DNA of 48,192 nt from an uncultured Alphaproteobacteria bacterium. Lineage in GTDB: Bacteria > Pseudomonadota > Alphaproteobacteria > HIMB59 > GCA-002718135. Of the stretch, positions 46,549-48,192 are shown one piece after another. Where the stretch lies: contig CACBQR010000001.1 in assembly GCA_902541435.1 (NCBI GenBank), positions 124,240-172,431 of the forward strand, in the 5' to 3' direction. The notes under the pieces were generated by a model. The model saw only the letters and a program-made list of their open reading frames with translations. It ran no database searches and was not told the DNA's origin. How positions within the stretch are numbered: position 1 is the stretch's first letter; every line of letters begins with the position of its first letter. The position numbers were made by a program, and so were the translations under genes.

Positions 46549-46583
46549 AAATATTAATAATTCTTAATTATGACCTTTATTTG

Positions 46584-47519
46584 TTATTCAATAAGAATTT
46601 CATTTTCCTTATAACCTTTTGAGATAAAGTATGAAACCAAATTATTTGCTTCTGTATTTTCTAAAGGACCAATAATCACGTCATATTTGGAATTATTTTT
46701 TTCAGAAGTATATTTTAGATTATTATCATAATTATCTAATACTGATCGAATACTCTCATAGTTTTCAAACCCAGTAACTCTTAAATACAATTTAAAATCA
46801 GTTATTTTTTCTGATTTAAGTTCAATTGGTTCTTCTGTAATTGTAGCAGCTTCATCATTAGTATCCATATTTTCATCAATTTCTTCAATAGATACAACAT
46901 CTGTTGGTGCAGAGGAGATAGTTTCATCAAAATTTTCTTCATTTAATGAATTTGCAACACTCTTCCATTGTTTACTAGCATCAGAAAGTATTTCTACTTT
47001 TACAGTAGCTATTTTAGATTTATAAAATCCAAGAAGTTGTGCAACTTTTCTTGAAACCTGAATAATAACTGCATTATCATCATGTCTATCTATTATTTTT
47101 ACATTTATAGAAAGTCCATTATCCAAGTTAGTTACTTTGACCATACTTGGTATAGGTAATGTTTTATGTCTACCAAGTAACTCTGTAACTTTATTTGTAT
47201 CATTGTTTACAGTTTTAATATTGTGTAATTCCTTACCATAAAAAGAAGAAAGTCCGATTTCCGAATAATTATAATTTTCCTCTGGAATGTAACTAACACC
47301 TTCAATAAAATAAGGCTCACCAACATAATAAAAAATATTATCTTTAGTTTTTTTATTGGTTAATTGATTTTTTTCTTTTTTATCTTCTTTTTTATTGTCA
47401 ATTATTTTTTCTATTTTATTTGTGCTATTTTCTACAACATCAGAAACATTATTTAGATTTAATTCATTACAAGAAAATATAAATAAAAGAAAAATTAAAC
47501 TAATTAGATATTTTATCAC
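46584..47519 (-). CDS. rlpA: RlpA-family lipoprotein (DPBB domain plus degenerate SPOR-like C-terminus)
   Basis: Lipobox IFSC, VGEPY.I.G..Y.P, G.SS.YG and HKTLP.PS.V.VTNL.NG. Located between mltB and dacA. Confidence 0.85.
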   Translation of the reverse strand: MIKYLISLIFLLFIFSCNELNLNNVSDVVENSTNKIEKIIDNKKEDKKEKNQLTNKKTKDNIFYYVGEPYFIEGVSYIPEENYNYSEIGLSSFYGKELHNIKTVNNDTNKVTELLGRHKTLPIPSMVKVTNLDNGLSINVKIIDRHDDNAVIIQVSRKVAQLLGFYKSKIATVKVEILSDASKQWKSVANSLNEENFDETISSAPTDVVSIEEIDENMDTNDEAATITEEPIELKSEKITDFKLYLRVTGFENYESIRSVLDNYDNNLKYTSEKNNSKYDVIIGPLENTEANNLVSYFISKGYKENEILIE

Positions 47520-48192
47520 TTAGGAGACCCACTGATACAGCATAATATGATGAACAATTATAATAAAGAATATTTTTGTAATTAGGATAAACTATGAACA
47601 TTCTTCCATCTATCCCATCAGGCATTATTAATCTAGCTTCTAAATCATCTCTTATTGGTAAAGGATCTCCATTGATCTTTGTAAATCCTAATTTTGACCA
47701 TTCGGATAGAGTTTTAGGAATTGATCTACGTTTAACTGCCCCACAACCTTTGGGGTTGACTTGTTTTATAGAATCAAAAAAAGATGAAGAAATATTTTTT
47801 GGTGGAAGCACTTCTCTACCCCAAGTACTATCATTAGACCATGGATTTTTATCTAATGAAGTTAAATAATTTGCAGTACTAGCAAAAGCATCTGCATAAC
47901 TATTCCATATATCAATACCATCACCATCCCAGTCATATGCAGTTTCTAAAAAAGTTGTAGGGATCATTTGTGTCATACCAACTGCTCCACCCCAACTACC
48001 TTTTAATTCTCCATTAGGAACAAGATTTTTATCTAATATTTCAAGAGCTGCAAATAGTTGTTTTTTATAAAAATCACTTCTTCTTCTATCAAATGCAAGA
48101 GTTGTTATTGCAATTATTGAATTTATTTTTCCTTGATTTCTTCCATAATAACTTTCCATTCCTAAGACAGCTACTATAAATCTGGGTTGTAT
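47500..48192 (-). CDS. mltB: lytic murein transglycosylase (MltB family); 5' end lies outside the window
   Basis: The frame is open to the window edge (IQPRFIVAVLGMESYYG). GSWGGAVGMTQM.PT, D.DGDG and YN.S..YA motifs. Confidence 0.9.
   Translation of the reverse strand: MQPRFIVAVLGMESYYGRNQGKINSIIAITTLAFDRRRSDFYKKQLFAALEILDKNLVPNGELKGSWGGAVGMTQMIPTTFLETAYDWDGDGIDIWNSYADAFASTANYLTSLDKNPWSNDSTWGREVLPPKNISSSFFDSIKQVNPKGCGAVKRRSIPKTLSEWSKLGFTKINGDPLPIRDDLEARLIMPDGIDGRMFIVYPNYKNILYYNCSSYYAVSVGLLSDKISN

Noticed and set aside
39799-47869. Plus-strand ORFs 39799..40017, 40354..40635, 41588..41809, 42693..42878, 42988..43173, 45419..45634 and 47594..47869
   Set aside because: They are antisense to conserved genes and have the composition typical of reverse-frame artefacts.

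Overview
Very AT-rich, densely packed chromosomal window. It is most consistent with a genome-streamlined marine alphaproteobacterium (SAR11/HIMB59-like; inferred from composition, tiny or overlapping intergenic regions and gene order). The right end (about 40.8-48.2 kb) is the conserved alphaproteobacterial core block mltB-rlpA-dacA-tmk-holB-metG-tatD-MBL hydrolase. The rest is accessory metabolism: several DMT and MFS transporters, Fe/2OG dioxygenases, D-apiose oxidation genes (apsD, apnL), pcs, an FeS-less (6-4) photolyase-type protein, SelO, TupA and AlaC. The main signal outside the ORF track is a tandem pair of glutamine-I (glnA-motif) riboswitch aptamers (6381-6500, minus strand). They are followed by a short leader ORF directly upstream of a circularly permuted ATP-grasp / alpha-E / transglutaminase operon, suggesting a glutamine-sensing peptide ligation system of unknown product. 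Other notable items: an 870-aa cNMP-cNMP-acyltransferase-SGNH hydrolase fusion; a preQ1-I-like pseudoknot before an unknown membrane gene; two related GTGGCAC/GTGCCAC inverted-repeat elements in divergent intergenic regions; an apparently active/dead ClpP-like paralogue pair next to a MORN-repeat protein; two genes broken by +1 homopolymer frameshifts (mutT and a secreted protein); and a DMT gene remnant. No tRNA, rRNA, CRISPR array or transposase was seen. All family calls come from motif recognition by eye, with no database search.
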